Positions 1 through 10,308 are shown, numbered from the stretch's first letter. The stretch is 50,939 nt of DNA from Bacillales bacterium (GCA_016291995.1 JAEEZV010000044.1:1-50939); one strand, 5' to 3'. Translations and numbers: made by a program. Notes: a model not told the origin generated them from the letters alone.

Positions 1-2
1 CA

Positions 3-611
3 TTAGATGATTTAAGAGGTAAGACTGTCATTGGAGGAAGAGTCGGTGGTATGCCTGAAATGACATTCGAATGGGCTCTTAGAGAACATGGAATAGATCC
101 TAAAAAGGATTTACATATCGATACATCGGTAGCATTTCCAGCAATGGAGGGAGCTTTTATTTCAGGTAATGGAGACTTTGTTACCTTGTTTGAACCAAAT
201 GCTACATCAGTAGAAAGACAAGGACTTGGTTATGTGGTAGCTTATGTGGGAGACTTAGGCGGTAATGTTCCATATACGGCATATAATGCTAGACGTAGTT
301 ATATTATGAATAATAAAGATGTAATTGAGTCATTTACTAAGGCAGTTGATAAGGGCCTTAAATATGTTTATAGTCATAATGATGAAGAAATTGCTAAATT
401 ACTTATAGATTATTTTCCAGATACAAGTTTAAGTGATATGGAAAAGATAGTTAAAAGATATAGAGATGGTAATGCTTGGAAAGAGAATATAAGTATTAGT
501 GAAGAAGAATGGAAACATATTCAAGATATTATTATTGCAAGTGGTGAATTAGATGATTATGCTCCTTATGATAAGTTAATATATAAAGAATTTTTTAAGG
601 ATTATGAATAG
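3..611 (+). CDS. ABC transporter substrate-binding protein, NMT1/THI5-like (NitT/TauT type); 5' end lies outside the window
   Basis: The frame is open from base 3 (LDDLRGKTVIGGRVGG precedes the first Met at 51). It overlaps the downstream ABC ATPase by 8 nt. The family call rests on general resemblance and operon context. Confidence 0.6.
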   Translation, partial: LDDLRGKTVIGGRVGGMPEMTFEWALREHGIDPKKDLHIDTSVAFPAMEGAFISGNGDFVTLFEPNATSVERQGLGYVVAYVGDLGGNVPYTAYNARRSYIMNNKDVIESFTKAVDKGLKYVYSHNDEEIAKLLIDYFPDTSLSDMEKIVKRYRDGNAWKENISISEEEWKHIQDIIIASGELDDYAPYDKLIYKEFFKDYE

Positions 612-1350
612 TATTTTAGAAATAGAAAATATTTCTAAGAATTATTATAGTAAGGATAAGGAGACTACAGCATTACTTGATATATCAATGAATATATATC
701 CAGGAGAATTTTTGGTAATCGTAGGTCCATCAGGATGTGGTAAGAGCACACTTCTAAATATTATTGGTGGCATTGATAAGGAAAGTAGTGGAGTAATTAG
801 GGGTAATAAAGATATTAGAATTGGATATATGTTACAGAGTGATTCTTTATTTCCATGGTTAACTATTTTAGATAATGCATTATTAGGACTTAAAATTAAG
901 AATGATCTTACTAAGGAAAATATTAATTATGTTAAGAAATTACTTAAGACATATGGATTATCAGAATTTATTAATAGTTATCCGAAAGAATTATCGGGTG
1001 GTATGAGACAGAGAGTAGCACTAATTAGGACGTTAGCGATGAAGCCAGATATTCTTTTACTGGATGAACCTTTTTCAGCTTTAGATTATCAGACTAGATT
1101 AAAGGTATGTGATGATGTATATGAAATAATTAAGGAAGAAAATAAAACAGTTATTATGATTACTCATGATATTGGAGAGGCTTGTTCTCTTGCTGATAGG
1201 ATTGTCGTTTTAAGTGAGAGACCTGGTAAAATAAAAAAGATATTTAATATTAAATGGGATAAAAAGGGAACTCCTTTTCAAAATAGAATGAATAAAGAAT
1301 TTAGTACTTATTATGATATGGTATGGAAAGAGATAGATGGATATGAATAG
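604..1350 (+). CDS. ABC transporter ATP-binding protein (NitT/TauT family)
   Basis: Walker A GPSGCGKST, ABC signature LSGGMRQR and Walker B ILLLDEPFSALD are present. It overlaps both neighbouring genes. Confidence 0.9.
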   Translation: MNSILEIENISKNYYSKDKETTALLDISMNIYPGEFLVIVGPSGCGKSTLLNIIGGIDKESSGVIRGNKDIRIGYMLQSDSLFPWLTILDNALLGLKIKNDLTKENINYVKKLLKTYGLSEFINSYPKELSGGMRQRVALIRTLAMKPDILLLDEPFSALDYQTRLKVCDDVYEIIKEENKTVIMITHDIGEACSLADRIVVLSERPGKIKKIFNIKWDKKGTPFQNRMNKEFSTYYDMVWKEIDGYE

Positions 1351-2131
1351 TGAATATAGGAAATATCTATCTAATATTAAGAAAAATAATATATTAGTAC
1401 ATGTTACTAGAATAATTATTTTATTATTGATAGTAATACTATGGGAATATTTATCTAGTCATAATATAATTAATTCTTTTATATATTCATCACCATCTAA
1501 GATAATTAAAACGATTATATCTTTATATCAAACTAATAATTTATTTAATCATATATGGATAACAATATATGAAACGATTATTAGTTTTGTGTTAGCAACA
1601 CTATTAGGTACAATTATTGCAATTATTCTTTGGTATAGTAAATTTTTATATAGGGTAATGGACCCATATTTAACAGTGATAAATAGTTTACCTAAGGTAG
1701 CATTAGGTCCTGTAATTATAATACTTAGTGGAGCTAATATTAAATCGATTATTGTAATGGCACTACTTATATCATTAATTATTACTATTACTAATGTATA
1801 TAGTGGATTTGTTAATACAGATAAGAATATGATAAAACTAATGAATAGTTTTCAAGCAAGTAAATATAGGATACTTAAATATTTAATAATACCTTACAAT
1901 TATCATGTCATTATAAGTAGTTTAAAGATAAATGTTGGTATGAGTATGGTGGGTGTTATTATGGGTGAGTTTTTAGTATCTAAACAGGGAATTGGATATT
2001 TAATTAATTATGGATCACAGGTATTTAATTTAAATTTAGTGTTTGCAGGTATTTTACTTTTAATTATTGTTTCATATTTGATGTATTTAATGGTTTTATT
2101 ACTAGAAAAAACTTTAATTAGAGATAATTAG
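1337..2131 (+). CDS. ABC transporter permease
   Basis: Multi-pass hydrophobic protein that overlaps the ATPase gene by 14 nt, as in a typical binding-protein-dependent permease operon. Confidence 0.8.
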   Translation: MDMNSEYRKYLSNIKKNNILVHVTRIIILLLIVILWEYLSSHNIINSFIYSSPSKIIKTIISLYQTNNLFNHIWITIYETIISFVLATLLGTIIAIILWYSKFLYRVMDPYLTVINSLPKVALGPVIIILSGANIKSIIVMALLISLIITITNVYSGFVNTDKNMIKLMNSFQASKYRILKYLIIPYNYHVIISSLKINVGMSMVGVIMGEFLVSKQGIGYLINYGSQVFNLNLVFAGILLLIIVSYLMYLMVLLLEKTLIRDN

Positions 2132-2139
2132 AGTTTTTG

Positions 2140-2148
2140 TGTTATAAT
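2140..2148 (+). promoter_or_regulatory. Extended -10 promoter element (TGtTATAAT) upstream of the nitroreductase gene
   Basis: TG at 2140-2141 and TATAAT at 2143-2148, followed by RBS AGGTGA and the ATG at 2165. Confidence 0.45.
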
Positions 2149-2164
2149 TAAAATAGGTGATTGT

Positions 2165-2671
2165 ATGGAATTTGAGAAAGTTATTCGTGAGAGAAAGGCA
2201 ACAAGGCTTTTTAGTAGTAAACCTGTTGAAGATGAGAAAATAGAAAAGATACTTGAAGCAGGAAGATTAGCGCCAACTGCTAAAAACTTACAACCCGTAA
2301 AAATATATGTAGTTAGAAGTGAAGAGGGTATTAAAAAGTTAGATAAGGCTACGCACGGAAGATTTGGTGCTGGAACTGTACTAATTATATGTGGAGATAA
2401 GGAAAAAGCTTATAGTAGGGAAAATTATTCTAGTTATGAGATGGATGCATCTATCGTTAGTACGCATATGATATTAGAGGCTACGAATTTAGGAGTCGAT
2501 AATATATGGATAGGTTTATTTCATGAAGACATTCTTAGAGAAGAATTTAATATACCAGATAATTTAATTCCTTTGGTAGTAATGCCACTTGGATATAAGT
2601 CTAAGTTGTGTCCACCTAGTCCATTCCATAATATTAGAAAGAAAATATCTGAACTTGTAGAATATAAATAA
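2165..2671 (+). CDS. Nitroreductase family protein
   Basis: The N-terminal RKATRLFS and LAPTAKNLQP motifs and the 168-aa size are typical of NAD(P)H-flavin nitroreductases. Confidence 0.8.
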   Translation: MEFEKVIRERKATRLFSSKPVEDEKIEKILEAGRLAPTAKNLQPVKIYVVRSEEGIKKLDKATHGRFGAGTVLIICGDKEKAYSRENYSSYEMDASIVSTHMILEATNLGVDNIWIGLFHEDILREEFNIPDNLIPLVVMPLGYKSKLCPPSPFHNIRKKISELVEYK

Positions 2672-2688
2672 GAAATTAGGAGTAACAT

Positions 2689-4323
2689 ATGAGAAGTAAA
2701 AAAACAATTATATTAGTAGTTATAATCGTTTTGGTAGTATCTATTTTAGGTATTGCTGGTTTTATGTTACTCAATAAAAAGAATAATGTTGAAGTAGAAT
2801 TTGTTTTCTTTGATGATGTAGTAAAGGAAATAGAAGTTAATTCTACAGCGTATATTTTGCCTGAGGCAAGTGTTGTGGTAAATGGTGAAGATATGGGAAA
2901 ACTTTTAGAGATTGATAAGAGTAATTTTGATCTTACAAAAGTTGGAACATATATTCTTAAATACTATATTATTTATAATAATAAGCGATATGAAGAAGAA
3001 AAAGAAGTAAGTATTGTCGATAAGACTAGTCCTGTTATTACACTTAATGGTGATAAGGTAACTATTCTAGTTGGAGAAGAATATGAAGAACCCGGTTATG
3101 AAGTTACAGATAATTCTATGGAAGAATTAGAAGTAACGGTATCTGGAGAAGTAGATACTAGTAAAGCTGGGGTATATACACTTACTTATAAGACTAGTGA
3201 TTCATCAGGTAATGAAGCTGAAGTAACGAGAGAAGTAACGGTTAAAAAACCTAATGTAGTTGTAGCGGTAGTAAAAGAAGAACCTAAGGTATCAATACCA
3301 AAGGTTGTTGAAACTTCTTATGAAAATACAATTAAAGTAAATAAGTTTACGGGAGATAATGTTTATTTAGAAGGATATGTAAAGGAACCTCTTGAAGAAA
3401 ATAAAATTGTTTTGGTAGGAGATAGTACTTATGAATTTCCAATTACGGTTAGTGATAATAAATATACGATAAATTTATCTTTTGGGGATGTTGCTAATGG
3501 TGATTATAAAATGTTTGTAAACGAAGAAGCACTTCTCAATAAGATGAATATTATAGAGAGACTGGCTAGAGGAAAAGTAGGAAGTAAACTAGTTAGTTTT
3601 AGCTATAATGGTAGTGATGAAGTAAGTATAAATGTTAGTAATCACGGATACACATACGATGTTTTAATAAATCCAGGACATGGAGGATCAGATAGTGGGG
3701 CAGTCAATGCATACATTCAGGAAAAAGAAATGAATTTAACAGTTTCTTTATATGAAAAATGTAGATATGAAGCGCATGGACTTAGTGTTTATATGACTAG
3801 AGAAGGAGACTATTATGGTGATGATTTTGGACCTAGTAGTTTGAGTAGACTGCATAGAACAGCATATGAGGTAGGACACTACGGAGTGGTATCAAGAGTG
3901 GTATACAGTAATCATCATAATTCAATTGGCAATAATTATTTTTCTGGATATGAGGTATTAATCGGAGGACAGATAAAAGATTTAGCTAATGAGTTAGCAA
4001 TAGTTAATAAATGGAATAGTATCTATAATTTAACAGAAAGTCATAAAAGGTTTTATGCTAAAGATTATGATACGGAAATAGCATATTCTAAATTAAATGG
4101 AGAAATGTATACTTTTAAAGATAATTATGCAATGAATAGAATTCCATATCAGATATTTAATGTTAAATCAATTATATATGAAGGATCATATATGAGTAAT
4201 AAGAATGAATTTATTTGGTATTGGAATGAAGGTAATTGGCGTAAGGCTAGTGAAGCTAAAATAGAAGTATATGTCAATTATTTAGGTAAAACATATAATC
4301 CAGATAATAGTAGTTGTTTGTAA
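2689..4323 (+). CDS. Membrane-anchored N-acetylmuramoyl-L-alanine amidase (Amidase_3 / MurNAc-LAA) with an Ig-like DUF5011-type domain
   Basis: N-terminal TM segment. Ig-like module PVITLNGDKVTILVGEEYEEPGYEVTDN...GVYTLTYKTSDSSGN. Amidase_3 motifs INPGHGGSDSGAV and YSNHHNS. Full-length paralog of 39847-41475. Confidence 0.8.
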   Translation: MRSKKTIILVVIIVLVVSILGIAGFMLLNKKNNVEVEFVFFDDVVKEIEVNSTAYILPEASVVVNGEDMGKLLEIDKSNFDLTKVGTYILKYYIIYNNKRYEEEKEVSIVDKTSPVITLNGDKVTILVGEEYEEPGYEVTDNSMEELEVTVSGEVDTSKAGVYTLTYKTSDSSGNEAEVTREVTVKKPNVVVAVVKEEPKVSIPKVVETSYENTIKVNKFTGDNVYLEGYVKEPLEENKIVLVGDSTYEFPITVSDNKYTINLSFGDVANGDYKMFVNEEALLNKMNIIERLARGKVGSKLVSFSYNGSDEVSINVSNHGYTYDVLINPGHGGSDSGAVNAYIQEKEMNLTVSLYEKCRYEAHGLSVYMTREGDYYGDDFGPSSLSRLHRTAYEVGHYGVVSRVVYSNHHNSIGNNYFSGYEVLIGGQIKDLANELAIVNKWNSIYNLTESHKRFYAKDYDTEIAYSKLNGEMYTFKDNYAMNRIPYQIFNVKSIIYEGSYMSNKNEFIWYWNEGNWRKASEAKIEVYVNYLGKTYNPDNSSCL

Positions 4324-4326
4324 AAT

Positions 4327-4352
4327 AAAAAAGCGTTTTAAACGCTTTTTTT
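4327..4352. terminator. Bidirectional rho-independent terminator between convergent genes
   Basis: AAAAAAGCGTTTTAAACGCTTTTTTT: a GC-cored hairpin flanked by an A-run and a T-run. Confidence 0.75.
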
Positions 4353-5319
4353 ATACTAATATAAGATATGCATAATAGATAATAAAGATTGTTATCATGA
4401 TTAGACCTTCTGTTTTATCAATCTTTTTATCATCTTTAGCAAAGATATAGATAAGAAGTCCTGCAATTATCATTATTATCATATCATATGAATTAAAGCT
4501 TGGAGTACTAAATCCACCAAATATTAAGACTGGTAAGGTTAATACAAAACCAATATTAAAGATATTTGTACCAACGATATTACCAATAATAATATCAAAT
4601 TCATCTTTCTTAACAGCAGTTACAGCCATAATTAATTCTGGAGTAGATGTACCAACTACTAGAATAACCATTGTAATAATCTTTTGACTTACATGCATTG
4701 CTTCGGCAATGTTGACACAGTTAGTAACAGCAAGTTCACTACCAATAGCAATAAATGCTAAACCTAATAATGAATAGAATATTGATTTAGAAAGATTCCA
4801 TTTTGGTTTTTCTTTTTCTAAGAATAATTTAAAAATATTTTTACTTTGTTGTTCTTTGGCATATTTATATGTATAGTATACAAAATATCCAAACAATAAG
4901 AACATGATTAGGGCATCACTTCTAGAAATAGCATTTTCAGTACCATTAAATGGTCCATCTAAGAACAATATAGCAAATATTGTTATAAGTAATAAGTGAA
5001 GGGGTAATTGTTTTTTTACTGTTTCACTTTTTATTTTCATTGATTTGACCATGGCAGCTACACCAATTACTAACATTGTATTAACAATTGTTGAACCAAC
5101 GACATTAGCCATGACTATATCATTATTGCCATTTAATAAGCTTTTAAATGAAATGAATAATTCGGGTGTGCTTGTACCAAAGGCAACGACAGTTAACGAA
5201 ACAATTAGTTTTGGTACTTTGATGTTATGGGCAAATGATGAAATACCATCTACGAATAAATCAGAACCCTTGATAAGTAAGTAAAAACCAATAAATGTAA
5301 GAATAATGAATTTAATCAT
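4351..5319 (-). CDS. Calcium/sodium (cation) antiporter, CaCA / YrbG family
   Basis: About 10 TM segments with two alpha-repeat signatures, FGTSTPELFIS and VGTSTPELIMA. Confidence 0.8.
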   Translation of the reverse strand: MIKFIILTFIGFYLLIKGSDLFVDGISSFAHNIKVPKLIVSLTVVAFGTSTPELFISFKSLLNGNNDIVMANVVGSTIVNTMLVIGVAAMVKSMKIKSETVKKQLPLHLLLITIFAILFLDGPFNGTENAISRSDALIMFLLFGYFVYYTYKYAKEQQSKNIFKLFLEKEKPKWNLSKSIFYSLLGLAFIAIGSELAVTNCVNIAEAMHVSQKIITMVILVVGTSTPELIMAVTAVKKDEFDIIIGNIVGTNIFNIGFVLTLPVLIFGGFSTPSFNSYDMIIMIIAGLLIYIFAKDDKKIDKTEGLIMITIFIIYYAYLILV

Positions 5320-5373
5320 ACTGCCACCTCTTTACTCTAATAAAATAATAACAAAAAAGTGTTATAAATGCAA

Positions 5374-5400
5374 GAAAAAAAGTACTATTCGTACTTTTTT
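5374..5400 (-). terminator. Weak A/T-rich intrinsic terminator after the FAD-protein gene
   Basis: On the minus strand: AAAAAAGTAC-gaata-GTACTTTTTTT. The stop codon lies in the stem. Confidence 0.4.
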
Positions 5401-6779
5401 AGAATGTCTTTAGCAGCTACTAAACCAGTGGCAGCAGCAGTAACAATATTACCTGCTTTACCAGCTCCATCACCGATAAAGTATACGTTATCATCTTTTA
5501 GTTTGAAATTATTATCTGTTTCTATTTCGTTTGAGAAGAATTTTATTTCTGGACCATATAATAATGTATCATCATTATTGACACCAGGAATTATTTTATC
5601 TAGTGTTTCTAATCCTTCCAAGATATTAGTGATAATACGATGTGGCATTACTAATGCTAAGTCTCCAGCGACACAATCTTTTAATGTTGGTTCAATGAAA
5701 CCTTTATCAATTCTATGCCATTCACTACGTCTTCCACCACGAAGATCTTTCAAACTTTGAATGATTGGTTTACCATCGCCTAGAACGTTAGCTATTCTAG
5801 CAATAGATTCACCATATAATCTTGTATTAGTAACTGGTTCTGTTAAATTTATTTTAGAAATAAATGCAAAGTTAGTATTATTTGATTTAGTTTCTTTTAG
5901 GGCATGCCCATTGACACAGATATAACCATAATAATTTTCTTTAGTAACAAATCCGCCTGGATTAGTACAGAAGGTTCTTATTTCATCACCATATGTCTTA
6001 GTCTTAATAAATATTGTTGGATCATAAATAATATTAGTCAAGTCTTCCATAATATCTTTTCTTACTTCGATTCTAACACCAATTTCAATTGATTGAGAGT
6101 TATATGGAATTTTATATTTATCAGCAAATTCTTGAACCCATTTAGCTCCAGTTCTACCAGGAGCAACGATTACTTCTTTAGCAGTATATACTTTTTCTTT
6201 ACCTTTTAAATTGCATATTACTTCGTGATTTAATTTATCTTTGGTATTTATATCTAAAACATCACACTTGTCAACTAGAGTTACGCCTTTTTCTTTTAAG
6301 TAATCACAAATACCATCAATATATTCAGGTAAATGATCAGAACCTAAATGTTTTTGTTTAATGATTAATAATTTAGCTCCGGCAATAGCAACTTCTTTTT
6401 GAATTGCTTTAGCTTCATCCATATTAGATGGATATACTTCAGCATCCATTTTAAAACTATTAAATATTTCTTCAGTCTCATCTATTAATTTCATAGCTTG
6501 TGATTCTGACATATATTTAGTTAAATCTGATTTACCTAATTTATGAATATAATTTAGTTTACCATCAGAGAATGTTCCTGCGCCACCATATCCTGATAGG
6601 ATATTACATGGATTACAGTTTTGACAAGGAATACCTAGTTTATTCATAGGACATACTCTTGTTTTGACAGCGTTACCACGATCTAAAATAGCAATCTTTA
6701 ATTTTTTGTTTTCGCTTATTAATTTATAAGCAGCAAATAGTCCGGCAGGACCGGCTCCGACAATTATGATGTCATACAT
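5385..6779 (-). CDS. FAD-dependent oxidoreductase (COG2509-like, uncharacterized dehydrogenase)
   Basis: Rossmann motif MYDIIIVGAGPAGLFAA at the N-terminus and C-terminal GDGAGKAGNIVTAAATG. The preferred start is the ATG at 6779, preceded by GGTGG. The track start at 6791 is a TTG. Confidence 0.75.
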   Translation of the reverse strand: MYDIIIVGAGPAGLFAAYKLISENKKLKIAILDRGNAVKTRVCPMNKLGIPCQNCNPCNILSGYGGAGTFSDGKLNYIHKLGKSDLTKYMSESQAMKLIDETEEIFNSFKMDAEVYPSNMDEAKAIQKEVAIAGAKLLIIKQKHLGSDHLPEYIDGICDYLKEKGVTLVDKCDVLDINTKDKLNHEVICNLKGKEKVYTAKEVIVAPGRTGAKWVQEFADKYKIPYNSQSIEIGVRIEVRKDIMEDLTNIIYDPTIFIKTKTYGDEIRTFCTNPGGFVTKENYYGYICVNGHALKETKSNNTNFAFISKINLTEPVTNTRLYGESIARIANVLGDGKPIIQSLKDLRGGRRSEWHRIDKGFIEPTLKDCVAGDLALVMPHRIITNILEGLETLDKIIPGVNNDDTLLYGPEIKFFSNEIETDNNFKLKDDNVYFIGDGAGKAGNIVTAAATGLVAAKDILKKYE

Positions 6780-6807
6780 TTTAACCACCAAGAAAATTAT
6801 AACATAA

Positions 6808-6836
6808 ATAAAAAAATAAAGTCAATTAAGACTTTA
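6808..6836 (-). terminator. Intrinsic terminator of mutS
   Basis: On the minus strand: TAAAGTC-ttaatt-GACTTTA followed by TTTTTTT. The mutS stop codon sits in the loop. Confidence 0.6.
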
Positions 6837-9360
6837 TTTTATTCTTAAGTTCATATAAGACATTAATAGCTTCCATTGGGGTTAATTCTAAGACGTTTAA
6901 TTCTTTTATTTTTTCTTCGACTTCACTTTTTTCATCTTTAAAGTCTAGTGGAAGAGTAGTTTGAATAATAACGTCTCTTTTCTTTTCTTTACTTTCATAA
7001 ACATTTAGTATTTCAGTAGCTCTATCAGTAACTTCTTTTGGTAGGTTAGCTAATTTGGCAACATTGATACCATAACTTTTATCGACACTACCATCTTTTA
7101 CTTTATGTAAGAATGTTATTTTACCATCTTTTTCTTCAGCACTGACGTGTTTATTCTTTAGTTTATCTAGAGTATTTTCTAGATCAGTAAGTTCATGATA
7201 GTGAGTAGAAAACAATGTCTTACAAGCTATTTTATTATTGATATATTCGAGAATAGCTTGAGCTAGGCTCATACCATCAAACGTAGCAGTACCTCTACCT
7301 AATTCATCAAATAGAATTAAACTATCAGGGGTAGCATTTTTAATAGCATCAGCAGCTTCGGTCATTTCGACCATAAATGTTGATTCACCACTGACAAGAT
7401 CATCACTTGCTCCGATACGAGTAAATATTTTATCAAAGATTGGAAGAGTGGCTTTTTTAGCTGGAACATATGAACCAATTTGAGCCATTATAACAATTAT
7501 TCCAAGAGTACGCATATATGTTGATTTACCAGCCATGTTAGGACCAGTAATAAGTAAGATAGATGTTTTTTCATCCATAACGATATCGTTAGGAATATAA
7601 TCTTCTTTAATTACTTTTTCTACGACTGGATGTCTAGCTTCAAGAATATTTACATTATGTTTATCAGTTAGGGTAGGTCTTGTAAAATTGTATTTTTCTG
7701 ATACGAGAGCAAAAGATGATAAGACGTCTAGAACACTAACCATTTTAGCAATATCTTGAATAGTATGAATATATTCTTTACATTTATCTCTAATGGAAAC
7801 AAATAATTCATATTCTAGATTTATTATTTTTTCTTCAGCAGATAATACTAAATCTTCTTTTTCTTTTAAGATGGGATTTATAAATCTTTCACAATTGGTT
7901 AGAGTTTGTTTTCTGATATAACCAAATCCATCTTTGATAAGTGAAAGATTACCTTTAGATATTTCTATATAGTAACCAAATACTTTATTAAAGCCAACTT
8001 TTAGATTTTTGATACCTGTTCTTTCTCTTTCTTCGGCTTCATAGTTACTTATAAATTCTTTACCACCACTACGAAGATCTTTTAATTCATCTAATTCTTT
8101 GTTATAACCGGTTTTGATTAGATATCCTTCTTTTAGGGTAGCAGGAGGTTCTTCATAGATAGAACTTTCTAGTAAATTATATAAATCACTTACATCAGGA
8201 AATTCTTTATATTTTATTTTTTTAGATATTTCGTTAATATTTGGCAATAGTTTTAAAGATTCTTTTAGTTGAAGAAGATCTTTAGCGTTAGCAGTACCTA
8301 AGGCTATTCTTCCACATAATCTTTCTAAGTCATATACTTCATATAGATATCTACGTAGCTCTTCACTTAGAATGAATTCATCTAGAAGAGTACCGACAAG
8401 GGTATATCTTTTTTCTATTTCTTCTTTATCTTTTAATGGATTTTCAATCCATGATTTCAATAATCTTCCTCCCATAGCTGTTTTAGTTTCATCTAAAAGC
8501 CATAATAAGGAATACATTTTTTCTTTGTTACGGATACTTTCAGTAAGTTCAAGATTTCTTTTTGTATGAACATCCATTTTTAAGTATTCATTATTTTTTC
8601 TAATTACTACTTTTTGGAAGTGAGTAATATTTCTTCTTAAATTATTGATTAGATAGTATATTAAGTGTTTGATACCAATATGATATCTACTATCAGTAAT
8701 ATCTTCATATATGTATTTGTAGGTGTCTTCTTCATATAGATTATCAGTATAGGTTATTGGTAATTTATATGTATTTTTAAGTATTGATATTAAGTCTTTA
8801 TTGATATTATTGTTGACAATTAATTCTTTGATACCTAAGAAAAGTATTTTGTTAATAATGATATCATTATCTGGTTCTAATGCTTCAGAATATATTTCAC
8901 CAGTTGTAATATCACTATATGTTAGGATATAGCAGTATTCTAGTGAATATAAGCTAGCAATATAGTTATTTTCTTTTTCATTTAAGGAGTTAGCTCCGAC
9001 GACTGAACCAGATGATATTACTTCAGTTATATCTCTGTCGACGATACCTTTAGCTGTTTTAGGATCTTCAAGTTGTTCACAGATAGCTACTTTATATCCT
9101 TTTTTGATTAATTTATCAATGTAGATATCGACCGCATGATAAGGAACACCACACATGGGAACTCTTTCATCTAATCCAGCATTTCTACCTGTTAGAGTCA
9201 GTTCTAATTCGTGACTAACTAATTCAGCATCTTCGAAAAACATTTCGTAAAAGTCACCTAAACGATAGAGAATGATGGTATCCATATTTTTTTCTTTTAG
9301 GTTTACATAGTGGGCCATCATTGGTGCCAATTTGCTTTTATCTACTTCACATAACTTCAT
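6826..9360 (-). CDS. mutS: DNA mismatch repair protein MutS
   Basis: N-terminal TPMMAHY...DFYEMFFEDA mismatch-binding domain. Walker A GPNMAGKST, GESTFMVEM, DELGRGT and HYHELT motifs. The start is set at MKLCEV (9360); the upstream 17 codons of the track ORF look like read-through. Confidence 0.95.
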   Translation of the reverse strand: MKLCEVDKSKLAPMMAHYVNLKEKNMDTIILYRLGDFYEMFFEDAELVSHELELTLTGRNAGLDERVPMCGVPYHAVDIYIDKLIKKGYKVAICEQLEDPKTAKGIVDRDITEVISSGSVVGANSLNEKENNYIASLYSLEYCYILTYSDITTGEIYSEALEPDNDIIINKILFLGIKELIVNNNINKDLISILKNTYKLPITYTDNLYEEDTYKYIYEDITDSRYHIGIKHLIYYLINNLRRNITHFQKVVIRKNNEYLKMDVHTKRNLELTESIRNKEKMYSLLWLLDETKTAMGGRLLKSWIENPLKDKEEIEKRYTLVGTLLDEFILSEELRRYLYEVYDLERLCGRIALGTANAKDLLQLKESLKLLPNINEISKKIKYKEFPDVSDLYNLLESSIYEEPPATLKEGYLIKTGYNKELDELKDLRSGGKEFISNYEAEERERTGIKNLKVGFNKVFGYYIEISKGNLSLIKDGFGYIRKQTLTNCERFINPILKEKEDLVLSAEEKIINLEYELFVSIRDKCKEYIHTIQDIAKMVSVLDVLSSFALVSEKYNFTRPTLTDKHNVNILEARHPVVEKVIKEDYIPNDIVMDEKTSILLITGPNMAGKSTYMRTLGIIVIMAQIGSYVPAKKATLPIFDKIFTRIGASDDLVSGESTFMVEMTEAADAIKNATPDSLILFDELGRGTATFDGMSLAQAILEYINNKIACKTLFSTHYHELTDLENTLDKLKNKHVSAEEKDGKITFLHKVKDGSVDKSYGINVAKLANLPKEVTDRATEILNVYESKEKKRDVIIQTTLPLDFKDEKSEVEEKIKELNVLELTPMEAINVLYELKNKIKS

Positions 9361-9437
9361 AATATCACGACTTTCAATAGTTATTATAGAGAAAAATGGG
9401 AGTAAAATCAAGGAAAGATGTAAACTATGAGTAAAAA

Positions 9438-10247
9438 TTATTCGGATATGATCGTAGATAGATTTACAATATTATAACCTTTACTGAGGATGTATGAGAT
9501 GATTGTATCTAAATCTTTAGTGTTATCAGATAGATAGATACCACCACTAGATAAGTTATCGATAATGCTATAGGAAGTTATTTTTTTAGGGATAAGGGAG
9601 AACATTTTTATATCGCTACAGCTATTTAATGATATGGGATCTTTATTAATAAACAAGCATATATTAGATGGATTATTAGTTTTATTATTGATAATATTGT
9701 TATTAATAATTAGATTTTCTCTGGTATATTTACCATTATTTCCATAGTTATATATTTCGGTATTAAGGGTACTAAGGATATCAATATTATTATTTAGATA
9801 TTCACTATCCATAAATATATTTATAGGAACATGATATTTATTCATTAATGTTTTGATATTATTTAGGGTGTTAGAGTTATTGATGATAGTTATAATAGAG
9901 ACTTCTTTATTTTTATTATTACCACTAATAATATATTTTCCGTAATTATTATAGATAGATACTTCAGGATATATCTTTTTATATACAAGTAGTGATTCAT
10001 CAAAGTAACCAATTTTTTTCATAGCTTTATAGCTGCTTTCTGTATCGATATAACTTCCAGTTCTTCCGGGGATAATGGTATCACTGGCAATAGAAGCATC
10101 TATGGCATCATATTTTAATTTTTCGGATATTTCTTTTATTTTTATCATAATACTATCTTGTTCCATAGTAATAGTCATTACTTTTTCAGTGAAAATAAAT
10201 GTGACACAGAATAATGTAAGAAGGCCGATTAGTTTAATTATTTTCAT
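9438..10247 (-). CDS. Membrane-anchored protein with a degenerate polysaccharide deacetylase (NodB)-like fold
   Basis: N-terminal TM segment. The layout resembles NodB homology proteins, including the C-terminal ...SKGYNIVNLSTII. The usual Asp-Asp and His-x-x-x-His metal/catalytic motifs are not recognisable (IITIINNS and YNYGNNG lie where they would be expected). Confidence 0.35.
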   Translation of the reverse strand: MKIIKLIGLLTLFCVTFIFTEKVMTITMEQDSIMIKIKEISEKLKYDAIDASIASDTIIPGRTGSYIDTESSYKAMKKIGYFDESLLVYKKIYPEVSIYNNYGKYIISGNNKNKEVSIITIINNSNTLNNIKTLMNKYHVPINIFMDSEYLNNNIDILSTLNTEIYNYGNNGKYTRENLIINNNIINNKTNNPSNICLFINKDPISLNSCSDIKMFSLIPKKITSYSIIDNLSSGGIYLSDNTKDLDTIISYILSKGYNIVNLSTIISE

Positions 10248-10279
10248 ATTATCACCATTAAAATATATGAAAAACAGCG

Positions 10280-10308
10280 TTTACTTATGTGATAAAATAT
10301 GATACTAT
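10280..10308 (+). promoter_or_regulatory. Putative promoter of the pseudopilin gene
   Basis: TTTACT, 17 bp, TACTAT with TG at -15/-14. This places the transcription start downstream of the track's ATG at 10299 and supports the 10329 start. Confidence 0.4.

Noticed and set aside
5045-5284. 79-aa + strand ORF inside the antiporter gene.
   Set aside because: It lies entirely antisense to a well-supported CaCA gene, has no RBS, and shows the low-complexity composition typical of shadow ORFs in AT-rich DNA.
5368-5760. 130-aa + strand ORF, and also 5904-6092.
   Set aside because: Both are antisense shadows of the FAD-oxidoreductase gene. Their translations are Ser/Leu/Pro-rich nonsense with no motifs.
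8372-8569. 65-aa + strand ORF inside mutS.
   Set aside because: It is antisense to an intact, motif-rich mutS gene and has no translation signals.
9361-9411. N-terminally extended starts in the ORF track. Examples: mutS 9411, FAD protein 6791 (TTG), pilin 10299, cdsA 12957, cca 14949, asnB 22275, dinD 28716, thioredoxin 33635, gpsB 36365, LtaS 41506 and DUF2233 50176.
   Set aside because: In each case an internal ATG or GTG has a proper SD at 5-10 nt. That start matches the conserved N-terminus of the family, or lies downstream of a predicted promoter or TSS. The shorter coordinates were used.
10075-10302. 75-aa + strand ORF upstream of the pilin gene.
   Set aside because: It overlaps the 5' part of the minus-strand NodB-like gene in antisense. 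The predicted pilin promoter lies at its 3' end.
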